A stretch of DNA of 64,000 bases, taken from the NCBI RefSeq assembly GCF_009914755.1, contig NC_060936.1; one strand, written 5' to 3'. Both the position numbers and the translations under genes were made by a program. The notes below the pieces were generated by a model. That model ran no database searches and had not been told where the DNA came from. It saw only the letters and a program-made list of their open reading frames with translations. The stretch comes from the human T2T-CHM13v2.0 reference genome, Homo sapiens. Positions 1 through 16,322 of the stretch are shown piece by piece. How positions within the stretch are numbered: position 1 is the stretch's first letter; each line of letters begins with the position of its first letter.

Positions 1-664
1 TGGTGAGGACAAATGAGTTTTCACACCACAATGGCAGAAACTTGCTTGGGAAGAGAGTTTAAGAGGAACAAAAATACATACAGATATAATTTTTTTTTCC
101 TCGGCAGCTGCTTTTGCTGACTCCAGTAGGTTACCACAGTTAATTTCACCAGTTTTGTTCATCTGTAAAATTGCATAAAAGTGACATTTTTGTGCTCATT
201 ATAGCAACTGCTGATTTATGGCTGGTAAATGAAGAGCTGGTCCCTTTTTTGCGGGACTCTCCGAGTGGCGCTAAGTGCCCATGAAATTGCTTGTATAATG
301 TAGTTTAAATCCAATCTCGGAGAAAGATTCCCCCGTTGGCCAAAGTGACATTTCCATTCTCCACACCGAGTTTATTTTAGGCCACTTAGGAGGAGGCTGC
401 CCCGGGCAGAGTCGGGATGGGGGTCCATGGCTGGGTCCACTTGCCCAGCCCCAGTGAGGCCAGATGAACGGAGAGCCACCTACTTCTTCACTCCCTGCTG
501 CCCTGGCCAGGTCAGACCACACCCTTCACCCAGGGCAGAGGCAAATAAGCCCACTGAAGCTCATTTGCCTAGGCTCATAGGCCTGCCCATGCCTTACCCT
601 GCTTAAAACCTCCCATGGCTGCCCAGTGCCCCACGTCGGGGCCTCTCCCCCTTTGGCCCTGCTG

Positions 665-800
665 ACAGTTGGGACTGGACCCTTTTCTGTGGCAGAGCTG
701 TCCTGTGCATTGTAGGATGTTTAGTGGCATCCCAGGCCATGACCCACCCGATGCCAGTAGCACCTCTACCCCTAGCTGTGACAGCCAAACATGTCTCTAC
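665..800 (-). mobile_element. MER20 (hAT-Charlie) fragment
   Basis: tgtcctgtgcattgtaggatgtttag...atgccagtagcacc matches reverse MER20. Confidence 0.7.
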
Positions 801-2282
801 ACACAGCCAGAGTGCCCCGTGCAGTGAGAGCCGCTTTCCTGCAGCGAAGAGGCCCTCCCGGCCGGCCACCTCTCTTGGGCTTCTCTCTGCAAGCCTGCCC
901 CGGTGCCTCTCTCCTCCCGAGTCATTTGCAGTTCCCACCCTGACTACTTCTCTGCCTCAGGGCCTTTGCCTGGGCTGTTTACTCTGCCTGAAATCTGTTT
1001 CTCCCTCCCTTTTCACCTCTTCTACCAGTGGCCCAGGACTTAACCAGGATACAGTTCCTTTTGGGAAGCTGTCTCTGGACCCCCATGTCCCGCCACCGCC
1101 TGTTCCTCTCCATCCCATTTCACTTGGATTGGTTGTGAGCCCACGAGGTGTCAGGGACGATGCTTTAGAAGGTTGGGACATGGCCAGCAGCCTTCTGATC
1201 AGTGGGGAGGTAGCAGGGTCTGCACTCTATCCCCAGCTGCGATGCCAGTCCCACCTGTGCCTGTCTGAAGGGTGGCATGAGTCCCCTGCCCCTTTTCTGG
1301 GAGGGCCCTTTCTCTGGGCAGATGGGGAAGGTATTAATACTCACGCTCACAGAACACCAGCTTTTGTTAACGCCATCTACCGCACATGACCCGTCAAACC
1401 CTCCCAGCCATCTTGGGAAGTAGTATTAGCAGTAGCATCACCCCATTTTACAGATGAGGAAGCAGAGGCCGAGTGGTGAAGCTCCTCTCCCAGGCTCCCC
1501 TGAAAGTAATGAGCTCCAAGCACCTATCATGTACCTCACCCCCTACTGAGCCCCCGGCGCCTCCATTCCTTGAGGCCACCTTGGAGACCTGGCATGATCA
1601 TGACCCTCATTCTACAGGTGGGAAAACAGGCTCAGCTGGGCAAACTACATGCCCAGGGCCATTCCATCTGCCTCATGGAACTCCACCACCACCACTCTCC
1701 ATACCCCCTCAGCCCCGGAAAGCTGTGGGCTGCCCTTGGGAATGTCTCAGGACCAGGGAGGGGCTATGGATGGGGGCAGGAGTCTGCCCGCCATGGCCCT
1801 CCTTCCCCATGGCAGGGCCAGTTGTGTCCACTTATAGTGGGGACAGTCAGCCTGTAGCACAGAGCGTACCCTTCAGCCCCATGCAGGCGGCTCACTAAAA
1901 AGGCAGCAGCAGCCATGCTGGCCTTACAGGTGAACAGTAGACTCAAGGAGGGGCCAGGAAGCAAGAGGCAGCAGCTCGCCCTGGCGCTAAGCCCCATCTG
2001 CCGTGTTCACGTAGTAGCACACTTAACCAGCCAATGAGGTGGGCAGGGGGTCATCATCCCGTTTCACAGGTGAGGAAGGAAGGCATACGGAGGATAAAAG
2101 GGTTAGAAGGAAGGAATGTCCCCCAGAGTGGTGACAGAATGAAAGATGACACCAAGCACTGGCAGGTTGTGGGGCCACTGGAACTCCTGTGCTCTGCGGG
2201 TGGGAGTGTAGCCTGGCATGGTCTCACGGATAAATGGTCAGGCATTTTCTCCCGAAGCCGGGCAGGGGCATCTCCCCTGTGA

Positions 2283-2958
<676 letters not shown>

Positions 2959-3384
2959 GAACAGAAACGATGAATAGATTGCGGCATAGTCACACAACAA
3001 ATACCATACAGCGATGAGACAGACCAGACTACTCCCCACACAGCCACCTGGATGACTCTCACATAGTATGAAGTGACAGAAGCCAGGTGCAAATGAGTAC
3101 ATACTGTAGAATTCCATCTTACCACATACACAAACCAGGCACAACCAGTCCATGTTAGAAGTCAGGATAGTGGTTAGCGTGGTGTGGTTAGAGACTGGGA
3201 GGGGCCCAGGGACCCTACAGGGGATTAGCAATGTCCTGTCTCCTGGCCTGGGTACCATAAAACAGGTGTGTTCCTTTTGTGAAAGTCCATCAAGCTTATG
3301 ATGCAGGCAGTTCCCTGCACTTTACACTGAAATTCGAAGTTTAAAAATGTAGAAGGAATAAGGAGTAAAATGAATGGGAAATGA

Positions 3385-4746
<1,362 letters not shown>

Positions 4747-5960
4747 GGCCTGCCCTGCGGACATACGGACATGCGGACAGGGCGCAGAGCCGGGAGGCAG
4801 GCCGCAGAACAGGGTGGGCGGCTCGCAGGGGCGCTCAGCCCCACCCTGTGCCTGCTGATGCCCACAGGGGAGCCAGGCTGGCTGCCGCCTCGCTGTGGCC
4901 GGATGGAGGGTGGCAGGGCAACCTCACATACCAAGGCCCCTCCCCACCATCGGTTGCCCCAGGACACAGTGAGGGCCTGGGGGCAGCCACTGACGCCCAT
5001 GCCTTCCTTTATCTAAGCTGGCAGAGGCAGGGAGAGAGAAACCACTCAAAAACAGGAATGGTTCTTTCTGGGCCTCCTGGGACAGGGGCCCAGGCCAAGG
5101 TGGGGTGCAGGAGGAAACAGGCGCACCAGAGTCAGGGTGGGGGCAGGGCAGCCCCCCCAGGGGTCAGGCAGCTGTGTCTCCCCACACTGGCTCCCCAGTA
5201 TTCTGGAAAAGGGGTACAGGAGGCCGATAGGAAGTCACTGGGCCCAAAGTGTCTCCCCACCAGCCAGGTGAAGACCACTCTGACAGAGGCTCCAGGGACT
5301 ATACCAGTCCCCCTGTTCCTCCTTCCCCTACCCCCACCATTCCTTCCTAACACAGAGTTGCACCCCCATCCCCATTCTCCAAACCCTGGACTACCATATT
5401 CCCCCTTCCCTCCAATACATCTTATAGGGCTGCTGGGTACAGTTGTTCAGGCTGTGCACTGCACAAGGGCACCTTGTCCAAGGAGACACCACTTTCACCC
5501 AAACTTGTATATTTATTACAATTTTCTGCATCTTGAGGAAGGGGCGTCATTTTCCTGTTCGCACAAAGGCACCACAGGGGCTAACAGTGGGCCTGCAATC
5601 TTAGATCCCATCCTTGCCTTCTTCGAGGGATCTCTTGGGACCCTCCTGGTTTTAACTGGGAGGCCCAGACCAACTCCTTTCCTGCAAACCACCCTCCAAG
5701 GCCTGTCCCACACGATCAAGGCAGGGAAAGATAGGCAGGAGTCCCCTCACGAAGTCCTCAAGTCCTGGCCCCTCTGGCGCTCTGGAAGCGGTACTGTATC
5801 TCTCTCCAAGGCCTGGTCAAGCACTAAGTGCATTTACAAATCTCTGAGAATGTTTTTTTTATACTAAAATTGACCATTATATTCTACTGTGAGAAGTGCA
5901 GTCTGCACTATATTGTTTTAAAAACGAAGAGAAAGAAGAAAAAGGAAAACACAGATGGTG
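4747..5960 (+). other. FAM222A: FAM222A 3' UTR (end approximate)
   Basis: Follows the stop codon and is repeat-free. No canonical AATAAA seen; variant ACTAAA at 5863-5868 and U-rich sequence at ~5975-6010. Confidence 0.6.
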
Positions 5961-8754
5961 TCTCAGCTGTCGGGTTGCTTTTGTAGCTCTTGTTTTCGTT
6001 TTCTTTCTTCCTCCCCTTAGGAGTGAAAGGGGCTGTCTCCTCCCAGCTGACCAGGCTTGCAGCCCGGGAGGGAAGCAGGCCAGGAACCTCCGGGTACCTC
6101 CTGTGCGTGGAGCATCCTGCCCTCAGTGCTTCCCCTATTCCAGCTCTTTCAAGATGGACATTGTCATTTAGCACACAGGCTGATGGCTGCTAGGTCACGG
6201 CCATCAGTCGATCCCTAGAGCAGCAGAGACAGAACCAAACGGGGGCCCTCTTCCTCATTCCCTTCATGGTGGTCTCGGCGGGGGCATCTCCCCTCCATCA
6301 CAATTTCTTCCCAGCTCTTCCTTGTGCCTGGCATGCTCCAAGGGGCCATGGTGGCAGTGGGGCTGGGGACAGGCCACAGTGGCTAGGCAGCAGCCATCTC
6401 CATGGCCAACCCCATCTCAGCCAGGCCAGACACCCCAGTGCCCACCCACCCCCTGCTCTGGTGCCTGGGGATTTGCAGGAGACCACTGCTGCCCCAGGGA
6501 GCTCAGCATTTATTAGGCCTTGGCTGTGCACCAGGCATTTTCCTACATACTGTATCTTGCCAAAGCCTCACAACACCCTTGCAGGGTGGGAGGCGTTCGA
6601 GAGGAAAAAACTAAGACGCGTAGTGATCTGTGCGAGGTCACACAGCAAATCTGTGGGAGGCTAGGGTTCAAACCTCACAGCATGGACTCTTCCCTGTGTC
6701 CCGTTCCTGCCTTCGCCTCCTCCCAGCTCTTCTCTCCCAGCCTCCTAGCCCAATATCAGGGCCGGAGGCACTGGAGAACTTCCGGCTAAGGCAGGCCTCC
6801 CCTCCCATTCACAGAGCCCTGCCAGGGTGGCTGGCAATGGTGAAGTCCAGGGCAGAGATGGGGACAGAGGGGACGCCTTGGATTCGACTCTGTGGTGGGT
6901 GGTCCACCTCCCTGAGACCAGGCATCCACGTCGGGCAGCACATGCTACCCAGTCCACAGAAGAGGAAACAGAGGCTCCGAGAGGAAGGGACTGTGTCCAG
7001 GGCGGGACCCAGGCCCTTCTGCACTGGGTCAATGAGCCAAGCACATCACCCCAGCCCCTGGGGAGCAGGAGCCGGGCCCTGCAGGGTGAGGAGCTGGGAA
7101 AAGCAGAGCTCCATGGAAGGCAACCGGGAATCATCACAAATAGGACATAACTAGTATAAACTGCAATTGACAGAGTGCTTTTCTGACCTCACTTGAGTCT
7201 ATCAGGTAGATGATAAAATCAGGCCCATTTTACAGATGAGGACACAACCTGACCAACGGCCACGAGGATGTTGAGAGGGAGCGAGGTGTTCTGGCTGCAA
7301 GCCCCACCCCCACCCTCATTCATAATCAAAGCCCGCCTGGGTGCAGCCGGAACCCGGGGGAGCCTGGACGGGGCAAGCCCAGCAGGCCCAGCCTCTGCAG
7401 TGAGCTAGACTTGGGTTCCAATCCTGATAATGCCACCGTGAGTGACCCTAACCAATCCATTTCCCAAGGGGGGGCGGCACCAGAACCAGAGATGGAATTC
7501 AAGCAGACAAAAGCACAGTGTGAGCACTCGGGGAGGGAGTGGGGCAGGAAACCAAGGTCTAGGGCCAGGTGTTACACTGGGAGGTGGCCTATGTCTCAGC
7601 TGTTCCCAGGTGTCACCACTGGGGCCACCCAAGCACCAACTTGGTCACCCAGGTCCCCATGTCCTTGGTCAACTGCCAGGCGTACCCACACTGGGGCATC
7701 AGGAGAGGGGAAACGGGAGAGGCTGGAGCCACTCTCCATGCCCGGTCCCTCATATTTGGATATCAGAGCAAAGGATGCACCTGCTATCCTGGAAAAACCT
7801 CCTCATCCTCCACAGGGTGGGGTCTGTGTGCGTGGCAATGTAGGGGCGCATGGCACAGTCTGGGTCTGGGCCCAGGAACCCAGCTGGGGCTCTAGCCCTG
7901 ACTACCTGTGCCTCCTTGGGCCTCAGTTTCCCCATCTAGGAACTGGGCTGGCTGATCTCAAAGTGCCCTCCGGTGGCCATTCTAGCATGGTTTCTTTATA
8001 CAATCAATCACCTTTGATTACCACATTGATGGGGGGAGGACAGGTGACGAAAGCATTGCTATCACTGCTACAATTACTGAGATCCCACACTTAACTACAG
8101 GCAGACCAGATACCAGGCTCGGGGCTAAACGTTACTTGTGCCTCACAACCACTTGGCGCAACAGAGGTGCATGCACCCACATTACAGACAAGGTTAGTGA
8201 GACCCACAGAAGGGCAATCACTTTGCCCAAAGTCACACAGCTGAGGATGAAGAATGGAGAAGTGGCTGGGATAGAACACAGGCCTGTCTGATTCTGAGTC
8301 CTAGTTCCCAGCTGCAACCCTTTGCAGAGAATAGAAAACAACTGTCAACCGCCAAATGTGGCCAATTTGGCTCCAGAACCCAGGCACAGCCTTGGATCCC
8401 AGAGCCCCAACTGCCCAGACATCCCGGTGGGTGAGGGAGAAAGAGAGGAGAAGCCACCATCTCATCCAGGCCCCGGGCAGGAGCTGCAGTCCTTCTCTAG
8501 GTCTCTGTTCTGACACTAGGATCCTTCTCTCTCTACTTAGCTGTCCTGGGCTCACACCCTTTACCACGGAGCTGTCCAATACGGTAGCCTGGTGTGCAGA
8601 AAACCTCGGCTATCACTTCCTGTCATAGTGACCATTAGAAGATCACCCCAGGTCAGAGACAGGTGACCTTACAGAGAGATCAGAGCTGCCCCAGAAGGCC
8701 ACGGGGGCTCAGGCGCAGATTTGGATAGAGGAAGCTATGTTAGTAGACACTCAC

Positions 8755-8965
8755 CTTTCCAGGGTGGCTCTGTGTTTTCTTCACTCATATCCCTGTCTTT
8801 ATATCACAACCCCATTTCTGGAGCGGGGAAACTGAGACAAGTTCCAACTTCTGAACTTGCCATCCAAACAGCGACTCCTAACTTTGCCCTACTCAGCTCC
8901 CTCGGCTGCAGCCTGGACTCCTCCACGCGCAGCTCCACGTGTGCCCAGCACCACTGCGCCTGCCC
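8755..8965 (-). ncRNA. Candidate first exon of an antisense lncRNA (probably FAM222A-AS1)
   Basis: Consensus donor AAG|GTGAGT on minus at 8755/8754, downstream of a CpG-rich patch with a GT box and TTTAAGA. FAM222A-AS1 is recalled as starting 3' of FAM222A; the exact TSS cannot be verified here. Confidence 0.45.
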
Positions 8966-9150
8966 ATCCCTCCCGGGCGCTCTTAAAGGGCCCACACCCC
9001 GTCCCACCCCCAACGTTGGCCGGAGAAGGTGGAGTCCAGCCAGCGCGATAGGTGAGAGCAAGGGACGAAAGGTTTTCTGTTTAAATTGCCACCATCACCA
9101 GCTCGCCAGCGAGTGGCAGGGGGAGGGGAGGAGGCAAGAAAACGGAACTT
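8900..9150 (-). promoter_or_regulatory. CpG-enriched promoter-like element
   Basis: Local CpG cluster, CACCC/GT boxes (8993-9011), TATA-like TTTAAGA on minus (~8981-8987), CACGTG E-boxes at ~8936 and ~9167. Confidence 0.45.
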
Positions 9151-9448
9151 AGTATCCCACTGACTCCACGTGTGACCCTGGGTGACTTGTGTGCCTCTCT
9201 GAGCCTCAATTTCCAGATCTGTTGAAGGAAGTGGTGGCACCTGGAGGAGTGAGGTGGCATCAGGTGATGTGTGGTCAGGATGATAGGGCAGATTCGTCCT
9301 GTAAGAGGACCCCTCTGAGTGCTGTGGGATGTAGTTGTCTGAGGGTCAGAACTCGTTCCATCCTGAGGCTGTGTGCAGGTGTGTGTGACCTCAGGCAAGT
9401 GATCACTCCTGAGTCATCTATTTCCCAACTGTAAAATGAGGCTCCAAC

Positions 9449-9735
9449 GGGGAGCTGTGGCTCATACCTGTAATCCCAGCACTTTGGGAAGCAAAGGCTG
9501 GAGGATCACTTGAGCCCAGGAGTTCAAGACCAGCTTGGGCAGTATCACGAGACCCCTATCTGTACAAACAATTTTAAGATTAGCTGGGTGTAGTGTGTGC
9601 CTGTAGTCCCAGATACTCAGAAGGCTGAGGTGGGAGGATCACTTGAGCCCAGGAGGTCAAGGCTGCAGTGAGCCATGATCGCACCACTGCACTACAGCCT
9701 GGGCAACAGAACAAGACCTCGTCTCATAAAATAAA
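9449..9735 (+). mobile_element. Alu (J-like)
   Basis: Dimeric Alu; TSD taaaatgaggct. Confidence 0.9.
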
Positions 9736-10020
9736 ATGAGGCTAATATTTTAATGTATGTACCATGTGAGGTTTAACTTAGGAGACAGGTGGTCAAATCC
9801 CCTGGGTAGCACAGAGCCATTAGGTAAAAGACATATAACAAAGGTGGAGTATTCCCATCCTTGCCTAGTGCAGCTGACTTCCAAGTCACCTTGGAAAGTG
9901 GGTTTCCCAGTCAAAAGAGTTTGAGAAACAGATGCCTATCCCGGCTCTTGGAGATACACAAATCGCATTAACATATTAAAGATGCTAACAGATCCTGCAG
10001 GCAAGATTCCCTTTTAACTT

Positions 10021-10275
10021 CTTTGCAGTGGCACAGTCTCGGCTCACTGTAACCTCTGCCTTCCAGGTTCAAGTGGTTCTCCTGCCTCAGCCTCCTGATT
10101 AGCTGGGATTACAGGCATGCTCCACTACACCTGGCTAATTTTTGTATTTTTAGTAGAGATGGGGTTTTGCCATGTTGACCAGGCTGGTCTCAAACTCCTG
10201 ACCTCAAGTGATCTGCCTGCCTTGAAGGCCTCCCAAAGTGCTGGGATTACAGGCATGAGCCACCACGCCCAGCCC
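10021..10275 (-). mobile_element. Alu, tail end missing
   Basis: Alu consensus. Confidence 0.88.
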
Positions 10276-11359
10276 CCTTTTAGCTTTAACCCAGCATTTC
10301 CCTAACTTTTTTGACCACCTAAGTTTTTGTTTCCACCTATTTACACCCCATGGAACAAACAAGACTTCAGGAAATGCTGAGTCCTGCCTCTTGTATTGCA
10401 ATTGGGGAAACTGGGTAAGTCCTTTCTCCTCTCTGGACCTCAGTTTCCCCAATTACACTGCAAGGACTCATAATGAGTTTGTGGCAGAGCAAGGACTGGA
10501 ACCCAACCCTGACCTGGGTGGCTGGGTCTCATTTCTAGTACGCCCTAACTGGTCCTGTCCCTCATATTGAATTAGGCACAAAAGAAGGGGAAGGCCCTCA
10601 GGGAAGAGGAAGAAGCCACATTTGAGAAGTAGGGGTGAGTACTCTTATTTTGAAAGAGAGGAAACTGAGGTTCAGAGAGGGGAGGCAACTTGCCTGAAGG
10701 CACACAGCAACTTGGTCCTGAACGCTCCAGAGGCAGTCGAGGCCACCTTCTCTCCTTCTTGGGGTGAGGGTACGAGGGTGGGGGTGGGATATTTCCTGTC
10801 TCAAAGCCTCAGGGCACACCCAACAGGGTGCTCACAGGGAGTCTTCCTGATCACATCCCCAGGTTCCAAGCTTCCTTCTGAACCCCTCTGAGGAGGCCCC
10901 TGAGTGTGACAACAGCGGCCCCTGGTGACCAATCTCCGGGACCTCAGCAGCCTTACCCTGTGCTAGCCAAGGGCAGATCTGTGGGATCCAAGGGGTGTAC
11001 CCCCAAAACTAAGCGGTGCCAACAGAACGGGGACTCCCTAATGTCACTAAGAACCTTGAGGTGCTAAGAAGACCCTAAGCTGAGATCTGCGGACCTGGGT
11101 TTGAGTCCCCGCTCCAAACCCCAACCTCTCCTGCCCTTACCTGTTAGCAGCCATTACAGCCTGCTGCTATGGAGAAATAGAATGTGTGCCTGCTTTGGAA
11201 AGGCCAAAAACACTAAGTATATTTAAAAAAAAAAATCCTGCCACGCCCTAGAAAGGTTCAACTCCACCACATCCAGGCTATGTGTCCTTAGTCATGGGCA
11301 TTTACTTGATTGGGTCTCACTTTCTTCATCTGTAAAATGGGGATACAAATTTGTACTTG

Positions 11360-11780
11360 TATCAGCATGATTTGGGCCAAATATCAGAAAATCCCCCTGA
11401 CTCAACTGGTTTAAATGAGAAAGAACATTTATTCTCTGGAATAATCATAAGAAGCCTTAAGGCAGGGTGGCCTCACAGTTGGTTAAAGCAGCAGCTCAAT
11501 GGTGTCATCAGGGACCAATGTCCTTTTCATCTTTGTGTTCTGTCAAGGCCCCTCAGGGGCACAAAGTGGCTGCTGCAGTTCCGGGTATCACATCCAGATG
11601 CAATAGTGACCAGCAACAGAGAGGACAGTCTTTTCCTAGATTTCTCTTACTTTCCCAGAAACTTTTCCCAGAATTCCCCCTCCCCCAGCAGACCTCCCCG
11701 CTTGTCTCATGGGGCAAAACTGGGTCACATGGCTATTCCCACACCGATACCTAGTAAGGGAAGGAGAGTCATGGTGATTG
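11360..11780. mobile_element. Ancient ERVL/MaLR-type LTR remnant, with a related inverted copy at ~14870-15435
   Basis: cctcaggggcacaaagtggctgc...tcacatccaga resembles the reverse complement of 15135-15180. Family uncertain. Confidence 0.4.
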
Positions 11781-13711
11781 GCTCAGGTGTTGTAACAAAG
11801 AGGGGGCATGATTTCTAGGATGGTACAAACACTGGTTCATGAGCTCCCGCACACGGTTCCTGAGATTATGAATCCCAAACACTGAGCACGGCGTCTAACA
11901 CATGGCAGTTGCCTTATCCATATTGCTTCCCCCTTTCTCTGATTCCCTCTAAGAACACAAGACTCCCAGCCTGGCCTCTCCTGAGCCAGCCTTCCACCCC
12001 TCAATCCTGGGGCTTGGGTCTCCACCAGTCAGTGCCTCTCCCATCCTGACCTCTGGCTCCATCACTGCCCTCCCTCTTATTTCTATCTCAAAAGCTTGGG
12101 ATGAACAAAGATCACTTCGTTGTCCTCAGTGACACTGGATTCCTAAAGAATAAAAGATAGGAGATGCTAGATTCTTATATAAATGCTTTCACCAGGGAGC
12201 CAAAAATTAATAACAGCATGAACAGAGGCCTGGAGTATTTAACCACTCCATCCAGACAACTGAAATGATCCGAGTACACCGTTATCTGGGCGAGGTGCGG
12301 GGACTGACTGCCGACTACGACATTATCACATTCGGAAATGTCAGAAGCATGCATTTTGCAGGGAGATGAACGGTGTGGCTGAATATGGCTTTTGATTAAA
12401 ACAAAATTCCCAGCATTCATCTAAAACAATAATAACAGCTAATAATAACAGGGCATGTAATAATGAACCATTCATAGGCATAAGAGGTAATTGTTCAATT
12501 AAGATCCCAGAGTTTCAGAGACTGTCTTTTCTGATGGGGTCCCTTTGTTTTTGCCTCCAGTAGCACTAATTCTTTCCCAGTAGTGCTTTAAACTTGGGAA
12601 GAAAAAAGCCCTCCTGTCAAATATGACATACAAGTGCCTTATCATTATTAAATACACATACATGCACACAATAAGCAGTCCTTGTTGGAATAAAGTTAGG
12701 GGTATGGCGCTCTCAGTGAATGCTGACAGGCTTGGGAGCTCCGTGAAAGTGACAGGCAAGAGCCTGGGCCTTCACTGCAGAAGTGGTCTGGCCTCGTTAC
12801 CTCTCACTGCCCAGGGACCAGAGCGCTTTCTCTCCAGCATGGGTTCTGAAGACAGAATGCCTGGGTTCAGGTCCCAACTCCACTGCTTAGCATCCAGGTG
12901 CCCTGGGCAAGAGTCTTCATCTCTTTGAACCTGTTTCCTCATCTATAATACGGAATATAGTAGACATTTAGTTTTTTTGGCCTGCCTGTGTTCTATTTAC
13001 TCTCTCTTCTAGTGTCTGTAACCATTAGCTATTGCTGCCTGCACTTAAAACACACACACACACACACACACAATCATAAAAAACCTGTGGTATCCAAAAA
13101 CATTAATTTCTCATGCAGCTGCCGGGTTCCTCTGATCTCAGCTAGGTTGCCTGGGGTGACTTGGGTGTCTCTTATCCTCTTCCTGAGGGCTGGCCCTGGC
13201 ATGTCTGCTAACATCCCATTGGTCAAGACAAGTCACATGCTCAACCCCGGGTATGGGAAATTATGCTTTGCCCTCGGTGGGAGGACATCACAAAGTTAGA
13301 CTGCAAAGGGCACACAGGTCAGGAGAACGGAGAAGGGCATTTAAACTAAGGATGCTGCTTTTTTACAGTCTTCAGAGACGATGAACCTCCTGTCACAGGA
13401 GGTATGCAAACAGAGAGGTGTAGGCTTGGTGGTAAAAAGGGATCAAGCGTGGATATAGAGTTGGGATAAATTAATGATTCCCAAATATCAATCATTTCTA
13501 TAACATAGTCATAATTTTCCCCATGAACGTTTATTCATTTAATATAGTTCCTTAAATCATCTAAGTATTCTTTTTTTATAAGCTATATTTTTATTATTAA
13601 ATGACTTGCTTGTAAACTACACTTGAGACCACTACTTTATCTAGAAAACTGTATCATTTGCCATAAAGAGAAGGCTTTATTACTCTAAAAATAAAATGAA
13701 ATTAAAATGTT

Positions 13712-14030
<319 letters not shown>

Positions 14031-14514
14031 CGAAATTAAAATGTTTTTAAGTTATTCCTAGATACCATGTCCTTCCAGAGGTTCTGAGCCTAAGGCTTTT
14101 CTCTATTTGAAAACAAAGATTAGTGAATGTTGGGAAGGCATTCAAACACAGAAGCACCAAACTGAGACCTTGATACAGTCAGGGAATACACAGAACTGAA
14201 AAGAGAATATGGGTTTTTTAAGTGTGATCCTATGTCCATTGTATCACCTGAGAATATTCTGGCATACCACCAGCGCATGTCCCACACTTTGAGAACATTG
14301 GGAAAGGTCATCTTTAAGATTTTACTGCAACAAACAAAATCCCAATGACTTGCAGATTTTTAAGTTCCCCCACACAGCTATTTAGTCATAGTCAATATCC
14401 AAATCATTGAATATTTAGAAAGATCACAGTTGGAAAAACTTACTACATGGCTAAAAGTGTACTCATAGGAAAATTCATAGCCAAAATTATTTCATTATAA
14501 AAAAATAAAAATAA

Positions 14515-14700
<186 letters not shown>

Positions 14701-15524
14701 TCACCTTAGAAGTTACTGAGTCTTTTTGAGTTGGGAGGGTGTTTTGATTTTGTTGGCAGGCCCATCCCATCCGCCCCTAGAGAAGTGACCTCTTCACAGA
14801 CCCAGAATGAGCCACAGCCATTCTTGATGACAATGTTGGGGTGGAGGGTGGACATTTGCAAAAAGGACTGTAGTAGATGCTACTGGTTGCCTAGGCAATA
14901 TCAATTCGCACATCCTCTTTCTCATAGAACCCAGACCTGGCTGGAGTCACTTCCTTCCTCCATATCGCCATCTGCTTCTTTAGGCCAATTGCTGTTTCCT
15001 GCCTGCTGATTGGCTGAAGCGTGGGACACATGACACAATTCTGGTCAATAATACAAGAGGAGAGGCCAGCTAGGACACTTCAGGGAAAAAGAGACAGGAA
15101 GAGCTGTCTTCCCTTCTACTGAATGAGACTGAATCTGGATGTGATGTCTGGATCAAGGGCACCATCTTGTGTCCTTGAGGAAAGCTGGTGTAACAAAAAA
15201 GCCAGCACACCAGGCGGGCGTTGCCTCGCACAGTGCCTGACGCGTGGTTGGAATCCATACTTAAATGCTGAAGGAGTACATGAGGGACAGAACTGGGTCC
15301 TTAATGAATCACAGAGACCCTGAATTTATCAGCCTTAATATCCTCCCTAACTTGGGATATCCTGCTGACACAATTAATATCCTTTTTTTTCCCAGCCAGT
15401 GTAGGTTTTCTGTTACTTGCTGCCCAAATCACGTAACTATATGAATACTACAGCCACAATTCTCTCTTCTTCCTCACTGATTTGGGTATTGATTATTTAT
15501 GATTCAACTGCTGCCTGGGGGAAT

Positions 15525-15830
15525 ATTTTTTTTTTTTTTGGAGACAGAGTCTCGCTTATTGCCCAGGCTGGAATGCAGTGGCGCGATCTCAGCTCTCTGC
15601 AACCTCTGCCGCTGCCCCCTCAACCACCCCTGATGGGGCTCAAGCAATTCTCTCACCTAGCTAGAATTACAGGGGTGCCCCACCATGCCCAGCTAATTTT
15701 CATATTTTTAGTAGAGACAGGGTTTCACCATGTTGGCCGGGCTGGTCTGGAACTCCTGACCTCAACTGATCTGCCCACTTCGGACTCCCAAAGTGCTGGG
15801 ATTACAGGCATAAGCCACCGTGCCCAGCCT
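15525..15830 (-). mobile_element. Alu
   Basis: TSD ctgcctgggggaat. Confidence 0.9.
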
Positions 15831-15996
15831 GCCTGGGGGAATTTAATGGGTCCCAGGAATCACTTGATCATCGAAAAGCATGTGCCCATTTTACAGATAA
15901 GGAAACTGAGGCTCAGAGCATTTCTAATCTACCCACAAATACCCAGAAGAATTCCTGAGGCAAGACTCAAATCAGTTCTCTTGAATCCAAATCCAG

Positions 15997-16322
<326 letters not shown>

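Noticed and set aside
724-1389. 221-aa ORF
   Set aside because: Non-ATG start within MER20/L2-like sequence; no coding signature.
4848-5867. 339-aa ORF in the FAM222A 3' UTR
   Set aside because: GTG start, GC-rich, no recognisable domain; likely chance.
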